A stretch of DNA of 51,700 nucleotides, taken from an uncultured Thermodesulfobacteriota bacterium (GTDB lineage: Bacteria; Desulfobacterota; WTBG01; CAIYCZ01; CAIRTM01). Shown here in pieces: positions 49,728 through 51,700 of this stretch. Numbering within the stretch: the stretch's first letter is position 1; each line of letters opens with the position of its first letter. The position numbers were made by a program, and so were the translations under genes. The notes under the pieces were generated by a model. The model did no database searches. It had not been told where the DNA came from and worked only from the letters and a program-made list of their open reading frames with translations. The stretch covers positions 1 to 51,700 of the forward strand of contig CAYNVA010000379.1 in NCBI GenBank assembly GCA_964400575.1, written 5' to 3'.

Positions 49728-51381
49728 GGTGCGGATCTGAAGCTGCAGCGCCCAGGCGCTGTTTTTTGTGCTCCTCGTATTCGGTGTAATTACCGTCATA
49801 AAAATAGACCTGGCTTTCGCCTTCGAAGGCCAGAATATGCGTGGCGATGCGGTCCAGAAACCAGCGGTCATGGCTGATGACCAGCACGCAGCCCGCGAAA
49901 TTTTCAAGCGCCTCCTCAAGGGCCCGCATCGTATTTACGTCAAGATCATTGGTCGGCTCATCCAGCAGCAGTACATTGGCCTCTTCTTTCATCATGCGCG
50001 CCAGGTGCACGCGGTTGCGCTCGCCGCCCGACAGCAGCCCCAGCTTTTTCTGCTGGTCTGTGCCGGAAAAATTAAACTTGGCCACATAGGCCCGCGAATT
50101 GACCTCGCGCGTGCCGAGCTTTATCATGTCAGAGCCCTCTGATATCATTTCCCAGATCGATTTATCCGGGTCGAGCACGTCGCGGCTCTGGTCGACATAG
50201 GCCAGCTTCACAGTATCGCCAAGCCGGATGGTTCCCGCGTCGGGCTGCTCCTGGCCTGTTATCATACGAAACAGGGTTGTCTTGCCCGCGCCGTTGGGCC
50301 CGATGATGCCCACGGTAGCGCCCGGCGGCAGGAGAAACGACACATTTTCAACCAGCAGACGGTCGCCGTAGCCCTTGCTCACATCCTTGCACTCGATGAC
50401 CACATCGCCAAGGCGCGGTCCGGGCGGGATATAGATTTCAAGGTCCCGGCCCTGCTTTTCAGCGTCTTGGCTGAGCAGATTTTCATAGGATTGAATGCGC
50501 GCCTTGGACTTGGCATGCCTGCCTTTGGGGCTCATGCGAATCCATTCAAGCTCGCGCTCAAGGGTCTTCTGCCGGCTGCTCTCGCTTTTTTCCTCCTGCG
50601 CAAGCCGCTTCTGCTTTTGATCAAGCCATGAGGAATAATTGCCTTTCCAGGGAATGCCCTGGCCCCGGTCAAGCTCAAGAATCCATTCGGCCACATTGTC
50701 CAGAAAATAGCGGTCATGGGTAACGGCGATAATGGTGCCCTCGTAGCGCTGCAGGTGATGCTCGAGCCAGGCCACGGTTTCGGCGTCGAGATGGTTGGTG
50801 GGCTCGTCCAGCAGCAGGATATCGGGTTTCTGCAGCAGCAGCCTGCACAGGGCCACCCGCCGCCGCTCGCCGCCCGAAAGGATTTTTACGGGCATGTCGC
50901 CAGCGGGGCACCGCAGGGCATCCATGGCCATTTCCAGGCGCGAATCAAGATCCCAGGCATTCAGGGCGTCGATTTTCTCCTGTACCACACCCTGACGCTC
51001 GATGAGCTTATTCATCTCATCATCGCTCATGGGCTCTGCGAATTTTTCGCTGATTTCGTTGTATTCTTTAACGCAATCAACAGCCTCCTGCACGCCTTCC
51101 TCCACCACCTCGCGCACGGTTTTTTCATTGTCCACAAGGGGCTCCTGCTCGAGATAGCCGATGGTGTAGCCCGCCGACAGGGTGATTTCGCCATTATACT
51201 CTTTGTCGACACTGGCAAGAATTTTCAGCAGCGTGCTTTTGCCCGATCCATTGAGGCCGAGCACGCCGATCTTTGCTCCGTAGAAATAGGAAAGATAAAT
51301 ATTTTTAAGGATCGGCTTCTGGTGGTAGAATTTGCTCACGCCGATCATGGAATAGATAATCTTATTGCCTTCTGTAGCCAT
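49696..51381 (-). CDS. ettA: energy-dependent translational throttle ABC-F ATPase
   Basis: ATG 51381 is preceded by GGAGG. MATEGNKIIYSMIGVSKFY..ILKNI..GAKIGVLGLNGSGKST. Two ABC cassettes (LSGGERRRV, LSGGERNRV), about 561 aa. Confidence 0.9.
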   Translation of the reverse strand: MATEGNKIIYSMIGVSKFYHQKPILKNIYLSYFYGAKIGVLGLNGSGKSTLLKILASVDKEYNGEITLSAGYTIGYLEQEPLVDNEKTVREVVEEGVQEAVDCVKEYNEISEKFAEPMSDDEMNKLIERQGVVQEKIDALNAWDLDSRLEMAMDALRCPAGDMPVKILSGGERRRVALCRLLLQKPDILLLDEPTNHLDAETVAWLEHHLQRYEGTIIAVTHDRYFLDNVAEWILELDRGQGIPWKGNYSSWLDQKQKRLAQEEKSESSRQKTLERELEWIRMSPKGRHAKSKARIQSYENLLSQDAEKQGRDLEIYIPPGPRLGDVVIECKDVSKGYGDRLLVENVSFLLPPGATVGIIGPNGAGKTTLFRMITGQEQPDAGTIRLGDTVKLAYVDQSRDVLDPDKSIWEMISEGSDMIKLGTREVNSRAYVAKFNFSGTDQQKKLGLLSGGERNRVHLARMMKEEANVLLLDEPTNDLDVNTMRALEEALENFAGCVLVISHDRWFLDRIATHILAFEGESQVYFYDGNYTEYEEHKKQRLGAAASDPHRIKYRQLTRG

Positions 51382-51631
51382 GCTGAAAAAACCTCCGGTA
51401 AATTTGCTGGTAAAGAATTGCAGTGCTCTCGTGCGCAAGCAAACTACTGCAAAAAGCCCTTTCGCGCAAGATACTTTTCACCGACGGAGTATATGAAGCC
51501 GCAGAAACAAAGAACTGCGGCACTGTGAGGGGCGGCGCTGGACAAGGAAACGGTTGAGGCGACATGGTCTGCTCAAGGCGGTTGCAACAAATCCTTGTAT
51601 GCATTGTTTTATACAGCACAGACGGTCGTGC

Positions 51632-51659
51632 TTGACACAACCCCTATTATTTATATACT
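51632..51659 (+). promoter_or_regulatory. sigma70-type promoter for a gene starting at the window edge
   Basis: TTGACA (51632-37), N16, TATACT (51654-59). AAGGAG at 51681-86 and ATG at 51694 follow, and the ORF continues beyond the window. Confidence 0.5.
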
Positions 51660-51700
51660 ATGTTCAAACAACTTTGCACAAAGGAGAAAAGAGATGAAAA

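Overview
The window looks like GC-rich bacterial chromosome. The gene content (ACAD-EtfAB, archease, PAS/GAF histidine kinase, PilZ, many radical SAM genes) suggests Desulfobacterota or another deltaproteobacterium, but that is inference only. Core genes are tgt (5' end cut by the window), an ACP/SDR/adenylating-ligase set, acd-etfAB, rimO, a thioesterase, slyD, archease, HU and ettA. These are interspersed with patches that look AT-richer by eye and appear accessory. I found no rRNA, tRNA or CRISPR array. Main observations: (1) A 125-190 bp repeat occurs six times. Every copy keeps a perfect or near-perfect TTGACA-N17-TATATT promoter, and in four copies it faces the next co-oriented gene. At 41.7-46.7 kb four copies separate single cargo units (ParE-type TA pair, M6 metalloprotease, signal-peptide TylF methyltransferase). 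Two more copies bracket an AT-rich PEP-utilising-enzyme/PlsY-like/TVP38 module. One copy abuts the 3' relic of a transposase gene. (2) Next to hup there are three tandem transcription units for tiny Lys/Ala/Pro-rich, histone-H1-tail-like peptides. Two are 34 codons; all fall below the ORF-track cutoff. (3) A 2.2 kb element carries two overlapping tyrosine recombinases, 13-14 bp perfect terminal inverted repeats and an 8 bp flanking direct repeat. (4) There are two insertion or rearrangement scars. An AAA ATPase gene is flanked by about 95 bp duplications of the thioesterase 3' end. A 2.7 kb scrap heap (murI pseudogene, sigma54-activator remnant) is bracketed by a 32 bp duplication of the ettA 3' end. 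(5) An ACP-centred cluster includes two tandem stand-alone E2-type acyltransferases and a radical SAM enzyme. Functional calls rest on motifs I recognised by eye; no database search was possible.
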